From NCBI RefSeq assembly GCF_001194135.2, contig NC_068981.1:175406331-175441697 (forward strand): a DNA stretch of 35,367 nucleotides, read 5' to 3'. Position 1 is the stretch's first letter, and every line of letters begins with the position of its first letter. Origin of the DNA: Octopus bimaculoides. Its lineage: Eukaryota. The notes under the pieces are model-generated. The model had not been told where the DNA came from. It searched no databases and saw nothing but the letters and a program-made list of their open reading frames with translations. The translations under genes were made by a program, and so were the position numbers. Below are positions 25,359 to 35,367 of the stretch, piece by piece.

Positions 25359-25560
25359 TTAACCCTTTAACATTTAAACCGGCCATATCCGGCTCAACTA
25401 TTTTATCTGTTGTATGTTCAAACTGACCAGATCTGATCTCTTACACTTACTCAACAATGTCATTCTAAGCATAAACATTGAATCTCAAAGCTATGAGATA
25501 GTGCATGTTTAATTAAAAACAATGTGAATAAATAAGCACTAAATTTGACAAAATCATCTG
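25359..25560 (+). mobile_element. Possible piggyBac-like MITE end
   Basis: Begins TTAA-CCCTTT (TTAA target plus CCC terminus); no matching opposite terminus found. Confidence 0.3.
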
Positions 25561-25566
25561 AATTCT

Positions 25567-25626
25567 TATAGATTAAGAGAATATGTATAGATTAAGAGAA
25601 TATGTATAGATTAAGAGAATATGTAT
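25567..25626. repeat. Perfect 19-bp tandem repeat x3 (TATAGATTAAGAGAATATG)
   Basis: Units at 25567, 25586 and 25605. Confidence 0.97.
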
Positions 25627-26064
25627 CCTCTCGCAAGTAGGCTGTGTAATATTTGAATTTATTTTAGCTCTCTTGAATCACTTTGTTTTGTGTATCATAT
25701 TTAATTAGTGACGTGATGTCAAAAGTATAAATATGCGATTTAAGTTATAAACAAGGGTAATACATTGATTTATCACAGATTCAAATAATAGCTGAAAAAA
25801 AGTCGTATACGTTGCTCTGAGGAGCAGTCAACAAATTAGGAAACTGTCCATGAGGAGTTTTATCATTTGTTTTCGCATATAGAAAGAATAGAAGAAACAT
25901 TTTGGTAATTTTATCTTATAGCTAGTATTTCTAATGTGCGATTGTGACATGCTAAACTATTTGAGAAACGTGTAAGCTAAATAAATCGTTGACAATGCAA
26001 CTTCCTTTTTGTGCTACACACACACACGCACACACACACTCACACACACACTCACACACACACA

Positions 26065-26380
26065 CAGAATTTGACTTCGGTGGGATTTAAATGTGCAGAA
26101 TTAAGGAAATCGAATTAAATTATGAAAATATTCTATCAATCGCTCTAACGACTTTACCAGTTGCCCGATCTTTACTATTTCTAATTCATGTATATGGTTA
26201 AAAGTGTTGGGGTATGGTGTTTAAGGTGTTTAATCACATACAATGACATCTACTAAATTTCATTATTCAGAAAAGGGTGGAAAACAATATTGACCTCGGC
26301 AAGATTTAAACTCTGAAAATGAAAAGCTTTAACAAATATTACAAGGTATTTCTTCCGAATCTCTAGCGATACCACCAATA
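26065..26380 (-). mobile_element. Highly decayed SINE family C fragments
   Basis: TTGACTTCGGTGGGATTTAAA and TTGACCTCGGCAAGATTTAAACTCTGAA resemble GTCGACCTCGGCGGAATTTGAACTCAGAA. Confidence 0.5.
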
Positions 26381-26779
26381 ATTATAGAAGTAAACATTTT
26401 TCAAATGCAGCTGGACACATGTATTCACTGCGTTTTTAAGTTACTGGGTTCATTGCCAAACCAATGACGCACAGCAGGTAGTTTGCGCAAAGACGTGGTC
26501 AGTTTATGTTACACGTGTGGCATGAAGCCATTACGCAGAACAGTAACTAACGCTCCTGTCCTTGTTGCCCGTCTGCATAAGTATCTACAATCTATTGCGT
26601 AATCTATAATTGAACTGAGCACCATGAAATAGCACTGCAACCAATGGAGCCTTTTAGGGGTCCATCTTCTCCATCGTGCCGCCCATCGGCGACTCTAATA
26701 TACGTAAGAATCTGCAATCATATTGCATTCTGTATAACTGTATTGAGCACCATAAAAAAAGCACTGCAGCCGGAACAGA

Positions 26780-27435
26780 TCTTTTCTTTCCGCCTTTCTT
26801 CTGTCCTCCTTCCTTACATTTATTCTCTCTCATCGTGCACTTACAAACACAGCCTCTCTCTTTTCTCTTTTGTCACACTCACCGACATAATACCCTTCGC
26901 TCTCTACCCTTCATTCACAAATGCTTTCTCTCTTTCCCACATTTAACATCACATTTCACCCACCTTTCTATCTCTCTCCCTCTCTCTTTCCTTCTCTGAC
27001 TTTCACAAAAACCGTCTCTCTTTATCTGTCTATTTTTACTTTTCCTTAATTTCAGAACTTCCTTTCACCCTTTTCTCGATCTCACTCCTTCCGCCTCACT
27101 CGCCCTCTCTCGCTCCCCCTCTCTCTCTCTCTTCTTTCACACAGCCTTTTTCTTTCTGTGTTTTTTTTTTCAAACTTTATTCCTATATTTGTGTATTTAT
27201 TTATTTCCCTATTTTCCTTTTATTTGGCGCTTCTTGATTTCCATTTCCTTCCCTTTATGGCCGTCCATCAATCAAATCGTCTATTGTTCGCTTATCAGAC
27301 CACTTCTTTTCCCTTCCTATTCTTTGCCATGACCGCTGTCGTCCACCATCACCGCCCCATTATACAGAATGGACACTGTAGAGTTTTCGGGATTGGAGCC
27401 ATCAAACGAACGACAAGTGAATTTTTACGTTTTAC

Positions 27436-27482
<47 letters not shown>

Positions 27483-28280
27483 TATATATATTTTTTTTTT
27501 CTGGCATCGTTACTTCCTCTTTTCTCTAACTTCCGCCACTCCCTCTACTCATCTATTTCCACATCATATCTCCAACTTCATTACTCCATCCAGCACTTAC
27601 TTGCTCTCTCAGTCTCTCCTTGATTTTCTTCTCTTTCTACTGCTTTCTTACACTCTTGAACTATCTAACCAAACTCCTTATCTATTTTCTCTCTCTTTGA
27701 TCTATTTTCCTCAATATCCTCCATTATTCCCCTTACTCAATTATCTCCACTTTCCATGCTATGCTTTCTCTTTTTCCCCTCACTTTTCCGCTGCCTCTTC
27801 GTTCTCTCTCTTTATCTCCCTCCTTCCCTCTCTGTTTCCTTTCTTTCTTGCCCTCTACTTCTCTATGTTTTCTAATCTACAAATACTGCCATTCCTACAA
27901 AGCAACTCTCTGTTTATTTCTTCCACACTACCGGCTCTATTTTCGCAGAAACTACTTCTTCCTAGCAACTATATAACTTACTCCATCTTCCCTTTTACCT
28001 CTTCTTCCTTGGTTCGTATTATATTTTTTTATACCTCTACTTTATTTCCTTTTACTTCCAAATTGCTCCCTATACTCATCTCGCTTTCTGGAACATTTTT
28101 GTCAGTCTTTTCTTTCCATCTCCCTCCCTCCCTTTTCATAATATACTCCCTCGCTCTCCCTCTCTCTCTACTCCTCTTTCATTAACCCAACTCTCTTTTG
28201 ACTTTTTTGTTTCTCACTCTAATATTTTACTTTCTATTTTTTTTTTATATTTCATTATCTATCACCATTTCTTTGACTCA
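26780..28280. repeat. About 1.5-kb pyrimidine-rich (CT) low-complexity tract
   Basis: Strong C/T bias on the plus strand, interrupted by an (AT)n run; generates the L/F/S-rich pseudo-ORF 27601-28185. Confidence 0.85.
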
Positions 28281-28282
28281 CT

Positions 28283-28285
28283 CTC

Positions 28286-28350
<65 letters not shown>

Positions 28351-28427
28351 TTTTCTGTCTATGTATTTCCATATATATGTGCGTGTATAGATATATATAT
28401 AGATATATATATAGATATATATATATG

Positions 28428-28461
<34 letters not shown>

Positions 28462-28484
28462 TATATATATATGTATATATGTAA

Positions 28485-28565
<81 letters not shown>

Positions 28566-28610
28566 CACATACATACATATATATATATATACATACACGC
28601 ACATATGTGC
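28283..28610. repeat. Compound (TATC)n/(AT)n/(ATGT)n microsatellite
   Basis: Direct inspection. Confidence 0.95.
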
Positions 28611-29219
28611 ACACTCACGCATAATAAATACATATACGCAACTTATCTCTTCTCACTCTCTTTTTCCTCTTTCTGCACACACTCTCTCTCTCCCTACTTC
28701 AGTAAAATAATCCTTACTATCAGCATAAATGCAGCCGAAAGAATTCTTTTTCCTTGCTCGTATTTCTTTATTCTTCTTTACATTTAACATTCCGTTTGAC
28801 TGTGTGGTGGTCGTATTTTAGACATTTATAACACCGACCAAATGTCAGCCACATTAATAGCATAACGAAGCCAGTTGATTTAAATGGAACGAATCACATT
28901 TACTGGAGATTTTAAACGTGAATGGAATGTAGGTTCGATTAATTACAACTTGTATACGTATTCTAAGCAAACAAACGGGTGGAGAATGTATGCTTGACAT
29001 AACTCGCTCATCTAGGTATTATTTCTGCTATCCATCCAGATTGTTTCTGGTCCTGCTTATCTTTTTGTGACTTTAAATCTCAACCGTTCAGAATACGATT
29101 CATGTCTTCCGAGGTCGATAGTTTAAATATCAGTAATATATCATAAGAATGGATTTATCTATGCCAACGATAATAACAAATAAGAATGATTTCACATTTT
29201 GGTAGAAGTTCAACAATTT

Positions 29220-29372
29220 TAGATGGAGGAGGTTAGTCAATTACATCGAATCCAGCATTTTACTGGCATTTTATTTTATTGACCTCGAAAGGATAAAAGG
29301 CAATTTTGAGCTTGGCAGTATAGAGTAAAGAGTACAAAGAAATGTCGATAAGCATTTTATCCGGCGCGCTCT
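29220..29372 (-). mobile_element. Diverged SINE family C
   Basis: GTCAATTACATCGA...TATTGACCTCGAAAGGATAAAAGGCAA...AAGCATTTTATCCGGCGCGCT. Confidence 0.7.
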
Positions 29373-29759
29373 GGTTTAAAATTTGAGCACAAGACTTGCA
29401 ATATAGAATATTGGTCTGCTCACGCCCCTTGTATTTCTTGGTTTCTTTAACAGGGTGTCTGTAACATGCTAGATGAGGAAAGTTTACCAAAACCTTGTTC
29501 TATATTCTTCCATTTCTAACGGAAAGCAACATTGCGATTAGACCTTCTTGGGGCTCTCATATTGTTGCAGTTCCACCAATTTTGTTCGTAATACTCAAAA
29601 TATTCTTATTTTCTGGCTTCTGCCAGAACATAAGATTTTAGTTTCCAGCAATTTGGAAAATATACCCAATCAAAACCCTCTTAGTTCTAAGGAACCAATT
29701 TTGTTTTGTCATCGAATGTAATACAAATTTAAAGCATTTATTAAAGTTCCGTCTCATGC

Positions 29760-30030
29760 ACAGGGCCTACCAAGGCCTTGTGAGTGGATTTGGCAGACGA
29801 AAACTGGAAGAAAGCCATCGTATATATATATATGAGTTTATATATTTGTATGTGCATGTGTTTGTGTTTGCCCCCCGCCATCGCTTGACAACCGATGCTT
29901 GTGTGTTTATATTCCCATTAATTAGCGGTTCGGCAAAAGAGACCGATAGGCTTACAAAATTTCTTCGACTAACACCTTTTAAGACATGGCTGCAGTTAAA
30001 TTAGTGAAGCAAATCAAAGAATAAAAGAAA
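29760..30030 (+). mobile_element. 5'-truncated SINE family A
   Basis: GCCTTGTGAGTGGATTTGGCAGACG...CGCTTGACAACCGATGCT...TTAGCGGTTCGGCAAAAGAGACCGATAG. Confidence 0.85.
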
Positions 30031-30189
30031 ATAAATAAAATTAACGTAAACGAATATTATATTAAGTAATCCAGTCGTTCATTTAAGACTTGTTTTTTTG
30101 GCAGTGAATTCAACAAAAAACCAATAAAATACAATTATTTTTTACATGGACACAGAAATTTTATTTGCACGTTAGTCGACTATGTTGAC

Positions 30190-30237
30190 TTCTACAAGAC
30201 AGCTAACTCTTGTTTCTACAAGACAGCTAACTCTTGT
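30190..30237. repeat. Perfect 24-bp tandem duplication
   Basis: TTCTACAAGACAGCTAACTCTTGT x2. Confidence 0.97.
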
Positions 30238-31084
30238 AGGAGAAGTCTATTATATATTGCCAGCATATGATTGGAAAATATTTTGTACAGCCATTACAGT
30301 GTAATCGAGATTCTAAACGAGTGTTATAAATGATTTATTTCATAGTTCTACTCTTCCATCTAAATTTACTTAAGATTGACATCTGGAGTTGGTTGAATCT
30401 GACAGTTACACGATGGAAATTCTTGTATTTTCGGAGTTGTGCTTATTCATTTAGCAAGAAATGTGATATGAGATACTATGTGGAAATTGAAATAATTGCT
30501 TCATTGAAGAGACATCTTAGCCTTTTAACATCACACACCTAATTACATTCCCTCTTTTTTAAAATTTCTTCATAACATCGTATACTAAAGATTATTAAAA
30601 GGTTCTGTTGTATTTCTGCGATTTGGTTACATGTGCATTTCTCTAGTTTCACTCACACGTTAGTTCACTCTGGATCGGTGACCAAACGGAAACAAGAGAA
30701 TGAAGCAAGCACGCAAGTTCTTAAGTACGAATTGTGAACTAAGATTCATCAAAAATTTACTAAATTAGGTGAAATGTATCGTTGAAAGTCAAGTATTTTC
30801 TATGACTGGATAAAATATTGTCAGTCACAAGGTTGTACATATTTGTGGTTCTTATATTCTGGTTTAATTAGAACCATATAATTCTTAAATGGTATAATGT
30901 GGCATTCTTGAATTTCAAAAATTAAAGAAATGGATTTACTCGGGAATAGTATATTTATATTTTTGTATTAATTCGACTACTTTGCGAAAGCATATCAGTG
31001 GCCCACTGAGCAACGAATAGGGATATCAAGAACAGCAACAAACAGCTTTCATCTTGACAATTTCTTTGTTTACAGTACTAAACA

Positions 31085-31275
31085 AGTAGTACAGTTCTAT
31101 ATTTAAGAATTGAGGAATTATGTATATTATTTACATTATTTACATTTGACGGATATTTGTCCTCATCTTGTTTGTTGTTAACACAACGTTTCGGATGATA
31201 TACCCTCCAGCCTTCATCAGGTGTCTTGGGGAAATTTCGAACCTGGGTTCTCATTCCTAAGGTATTTTTCGATGT
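31085..31275 (-). mobile_element. Short hammerhead-carrying repeat (Penelope pLTR-like / retrozyme-like unit)
   Basis: About 190 nt of non-microsatellite sequence containing a hammerhead, abutting a (TTA)n array; boundaries are approximate. Confidence 0.5.
31180..31225 (-). ncRNA. Minimal type I hammerhead ribozyme (Penelope-type)
   Basis: Minus strand: GACAC-CUGAUGA-A-GGCUG gaggguauau CAUCC-GAA-ACGU-U-GUGUU. Full core, 5-bp helix I, helix II with one C.U mismatch, loopless palindromic ACGU helix III. Confidence 0.75.
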
Positions 31276-31307
31276 TGTTGTTGTTGTTAGTATTATTATT
31301 ATTATTA

Positions 31308-31398
<91 letters not shown>

Positions 31399-31408
31399 CA
31401 TTATTATT
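31275..31408. repeat. (TTG)/(TTA)n trinucleotide microsatellite
   Basis: Direct inspection; source of the poly-I/L/N ORFs. Confidence 0.97.
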
Positions 31409-31797
31409 CAGGTCACTCTTATTTTGTCCTATAACATTTTCTGAAATATGATTTTTGCCTTCATTGCCTTTGATGTCTCCACTAGCGTGTCTCGAGAAGA
31501 AAAGAAAACCTTCGTCTAACAAACATTTATAATATAGCACATTACTTCTTAGGACTTTACGCCTCGTGCTCTGTTATAACCTCTTTGGTATTTAGCAACA
31601 AATATAGTAACATCATTCAGTTACTCTTGGAAGAAGTAAATGATGAATCGGTTTTCAAAATGATTTCGAACGTAAGATTGCTAACACCTATCAGAATAGA
31701 TATCTTAAGGACCTCTGCTCAAATGACCAGCTACCAATGGGCAGGAGATGTGAATCTTTCACTGAGATATCCAGCTATACGATTTACCTTGATTAAC

Positions 31798-32063
31798 TTA
31801 CTCTTTTACTCTTTTACTTGTTTCAGTCATTTGACTGCGGCCATGCTGGAGCACCGCCGTTAGTCGAGAAAATCAACCCCAGGATTTATTCTTTGTAAGC
31901 CTAGTACTTATTCTATTGGTCTCTTTTTGTCGAACCGCTAAGTTACGGAGACGTAAACACACTTTTTATTTACTTTTGTAGTTATTTACCGGTTGTCAAA
32001 CGGTGCGGGGGGAGGGACAAACACAGACAAAGACACACAGTTAGACAGACAGACAGACAGACA

Positions 32064-32102
<39 letters not shown>

Positions 32103-32354
32103 ATATATACATACATACATACATACAGATAGATAGATAAATAGATAGATAGATAGATAGATAGATAGGTAGATAGGTAGATAGATAAACATACATGTAT
32201 ACGACGGCATTCTTTGAGTTTCCGTCAACCAAATCCACTCATAAGGCTTTGGTCTATAGTAGAAGACCCTTGCTCAAGGTGCTACGCAGTGAGACTAACA
32301 CTTGAACCATGTGGTTGGGAAGCAAGCTTCTTACCACACAGCCACTCCTGGACC
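31798..32354 (-). mobile_element. Full-length SINE family A with expanded internal microsatellite
   Basis: Reverse complement of 5351-5818, from the (CTTTTACT)n tail to the CTTACCACACAGCCACTCCTG head. Confidence 0.92.
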
Positions 32355-33122
32355 TGTAATATCTGCAATATTTAAAAAAAATTCTAATTTTGAACACAGC
32401 AATGGTAATGTTCGGTTTATTACATATTACATAAAGACTTGAAAAACCTCAGTTCTGTTGTCGATATAGCTTTAATTGTGTTATAACATTTACACATTGT
32501 ATTAAATAAACAGAATAAAAATTAACTGCAATGAAACATTAAAAAATATCGTGTTTATTGCAAACATTAGCAAATTCTGTAAAAATATTTTGCTAAAACA
32601 TTCTATCTTTAATGTTACCATAAACATATTTTTAAAGCTTATTGTCGGAGATTTTATTTCCTAAAATATTGACGTATTACAATGGGCGTCGCTGATTTTG
32701 TTAGAAAGTAGTATTAATAAACAATTTTGAAAAAAAATTTTGAATAGATTTTCAATGACGATTTAGTTATCTGAGGATGATTTAGCTTTCTAAAACGTAT
32801 TTCTTCCATGGTTTGTAGTGAAACTATTTATTAATGCAATTATAGATTACTCCTGTAACTATAGACATATTTTTAAAGTCTCTCTTATTTATTTAACTAG
32901 AGGCGATTTCTTTTCATGGAGTACAAACGTAGCTGATTGATCGTCTGTACGTGATTATTCAAATGTCTAGTATATATGTTCCTCACTGAGGGTCACATAG
33001 CACATAGCCAATGTATGTTGCGTTACGGAAACTCTCATATCTGGAACTACATGTCTGCAAGACCCATCGAAGCTTCAGCAAATGGACAAATTGACTCCGA
33101 CTCTAATACATTTTTAATTCAG

Positions 33123-33153
33123 GTGACGTGCATTCCAGGAAAAATCTTTGGAG
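33123..33153 (+). CDS. Candidate 31-nt micro-exon (VTCIPGKIFG or DVHSRKNLW)
   Basis: Branch-like CTCTAAT (33101-33107), acceptor TTTTTAATTCAG, donor GAG|GTAAGC; no homology recognised. Confidence 0.3.
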
Positions 33154-33821
33154 GTAAGCAGGCAATTGATGCAGCTTGTATTTTAATGCATGTTTGCATT
33201 TTCAGGATTGACGGTAGAAGACATTTTGTGTTTTGTCGTTGACACAAATAGTAACCAAGACAGAAATACATAATTCATTATGAATATGATCTGTTGTCGA
33301 TTAGTTTGTTTTTTTTTCAGCTGCTGACCATCTATTTTGGTTATTTTGAATGTTTCGCTTGCTATATGTAAATCAAAGTTACTTTACCTTCTTTTTGTTT
33401 TTATTATTTTTGGTAACGTGGAAACTATGAATTTCTATCAGATGTAAAACGTTATTTTCTTCGTTTCCAGGCGACAAATATTTGCTATATTTAAAGCTAT
33501 CAGTTTCAAAATTCAGACGTTGCCTTATTTAAGTATACGAAGAAAAATATTAATAAATAAAGTTTGCGGAAAAATCAGTAAATGAAGAGAATAAAAGATA
33601 AGGAAGAGAGATATGATTGAACAAAAACTGAAAATAAAATACTTGACTGATTTATAAAAAATTCATGTGAGTAAATTCTGAAACAGAACACAAGTGATAT
33701 TTTGTTAAAAGGAAGCAAAGCACCCTGCTGACAACGATGTGTAACAACATCATCTGTTAGTGTGGTCGGTCACATTGTGGGTCACATGATGACGTGATAT
33801 ATATATATATATATATATATA

Positions 33822-34595
33822 NNNNNNNNNNNNNNNNNNNNNNNNNNNNNNNNNNNNNNNNNNNNNNNNNNNNNNNNNNNNNNNNNNNNNNNNNNNNNNN
33901 NNNNNNNNNNNNNNNNNNNNNNNNNNNNNNNNNNNNNNNNNNNNNNNNNNNNNNNNNNNNNNNNNNNNNNNNNNNNNNNNNNNNNNNNNNNNNNNNNNNN
34001 NNNNNNNNNNNNNNNNNNNNNNNNNNNNNNNNNNNNNNNNNNNNNNNNNNNNNNNNNNNNNNNNNNNNNNNNNNNNNNNNNNNNNNNNNNNNNNNNNNNN
34101 NNNNNNNNNNNNNNNNNNNNNNNNNNNNNNNNNNNNNNNNNNNNNNNNNNNNNNNNNNNNNNNNNNNNNNNNNNNNNNNNNNNNNNNNNNNNNNNNNNNN
34201 NNNNNNNNNNNNNNNNNNNNNNNNNNNNNNNNNNNNNNNNNNNNNNNNNNNNNNNNNNNNNNNNNNNNNNNNNNNNNNNNNNNNNNNNNNNNNNNNNNNN
34301 NNNNNNNNNNNNNNNNNNNNNNNNNNNNNNNNNNNNNNNNNNNNNNNNNNNNNNNNNNNNNNNNNNNNNNNNNNNNNNNNNNNNNNNNNNNNNNNNNNNN
34401 NNNNNNNNNNNNNNNNNNNNNNNNNNNNNNNNNNNNNNNNNNNNNNNNNNNNNNNNNNNNNNNNNNNNNNNNNNNNNNNNNNNNNNNNNNNNNNNNNNNN
34501 NNNNNNNNNNNNNNNNNNNNNNNNNNNNNNNNNNNNNNNNNNNNNNNNNNNNNNNNNNNNNNNNNNNNNNNNNNNNNNNNNNNNNNNNNNNNNNN
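33822..34595. other. Assembly gap (largest of seven: 5523-5532, 8455-8503, 10033-10162, 19004-19122, 20103-20224, 21768-21904, 33822-34595)
   Basis: Runs of N, mostly flanked by (AT)n. Confidence 0.99.
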
Positions 34596-34781
34596 ATATA
34601 TATATATATATATATATACATATATTTATATTTATGTCTTTACCCACTTGTATATATGCATACAAATGGGTATAATGATATATATGTATATATGTAGATA
34701 TATAAGCATCTATGTACATATACATACATATATATATGTATATATCTGTGTGTGTTTGTGTGTATGTGTGTGTGTGTTTGA

Positions 34782-34812
<31 letters not shown>

Positions 34813-35323
34813 TGTGTGTGTCAGTGTGTGTGTGTTGTCATTTGCAAAGAAGCACACATGATGACCAGATTACCTCAATTATTCATGTGATAATTACTTT
34901 GATATCTTCCATTTTCATACTGAAAACTAACGTCTCAGTTTCTTTTCTTTGCGTTTGTTCTACGTTCACCGCCCCACTCTTTATCTAATATCAAATATTG
35001 AACGAAGACGACTAACAAGGTCATGATTGAAGCTATCAATTGACTTCCACAAGCAGTCTAATTACGGACTCTTCTTAACTGTTTTGATATCACCCCTTGT
35101 ACTGCTAATGAGATCATGAAAATGGATAAACCCGCTTTGACCTATATTGCAAAATTAGCGTCTTCACTGATTTTTCGATAAATTCAAATAACTTCTGGCA
35201 ACCTTTCTAGTATTCCATCACACACACGCGCGCGCGCACACTCACGCACACACGCACGCACACGCACATACACATATATATATATACACATATCTATATG
35301 TGTGTGTGTATGTATATATATGC

Positions 35324-35367
<44 letters not shown>

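Noticed and set aside
25567-25626. CRISPR-like repeat
   Set aside because: Tandem units without spacers in eukaryotic DNA; a simple minisatellite.
25818-25852. CTGAGGA...GAAACTGTC
   Set aside because: Core strands are present but helix II and helix I do not form.
27601-28185. 194-aa L/F/S-rich ORF that looks like a membrane protein
   Set aside because: By-product of the CT-rich low-complexity tract; TTG start; no domain pattern.
30660-30742. 9-bp inverted repeat TTAGTTCAC/GTGAACTAA as a MITE
   Set aside because: Too short, with no target-site duplication; compatible with chance.
32771-32805. CTGAGGA...TAAAACGTA (and a similar CGGATGA...AAAACGTA near 20810)
   Set aside because: Core mutated and helix I absent.
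303-34988. Most ORFs in the supplied track ([12 protein letters not shown], poly-I/L/N/H, X-containing)
   Set aside because: They are translations of microsatellites or N gaps, not genes.

Overview
AT-rich, repeat-dense eukaryotic DNA with seven N gaps. It is most likely an intronic or intergenic region of an octopus (coleoid cephalopod) genome; this is inferred from the SINE families and the extreme microsatellite load. No protein-coding gene can be confidently identified, and nearly all listed ORFs are microsatellite or N-gap artefacts. Supported content: about 20 tRNA-derived SINE copies or fragments from at least four families, a decayed RTE-type LINE endonuclease, an internally deleted Tc1/mariner element with TIRs, and many simple repeats. 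The most interesting signal is a set of hidden minimal type I hammerhead ribozyme motifs: 13261-13355 (minus), 31180-31225 (minus), a degenerate one at 8121-8161 (plus), and fragments at 5227-5323. They belong to three unrelated sequence families. All have the palindromic helix III typical of Penelope-like element/retrozyme ribozymes. Weaker signals are a few well-formed candidate micro-exons, a CpG-rich block, a bZIP/CCAAT motif cluster, inverted SINE pairs and non-B-DNA structures.
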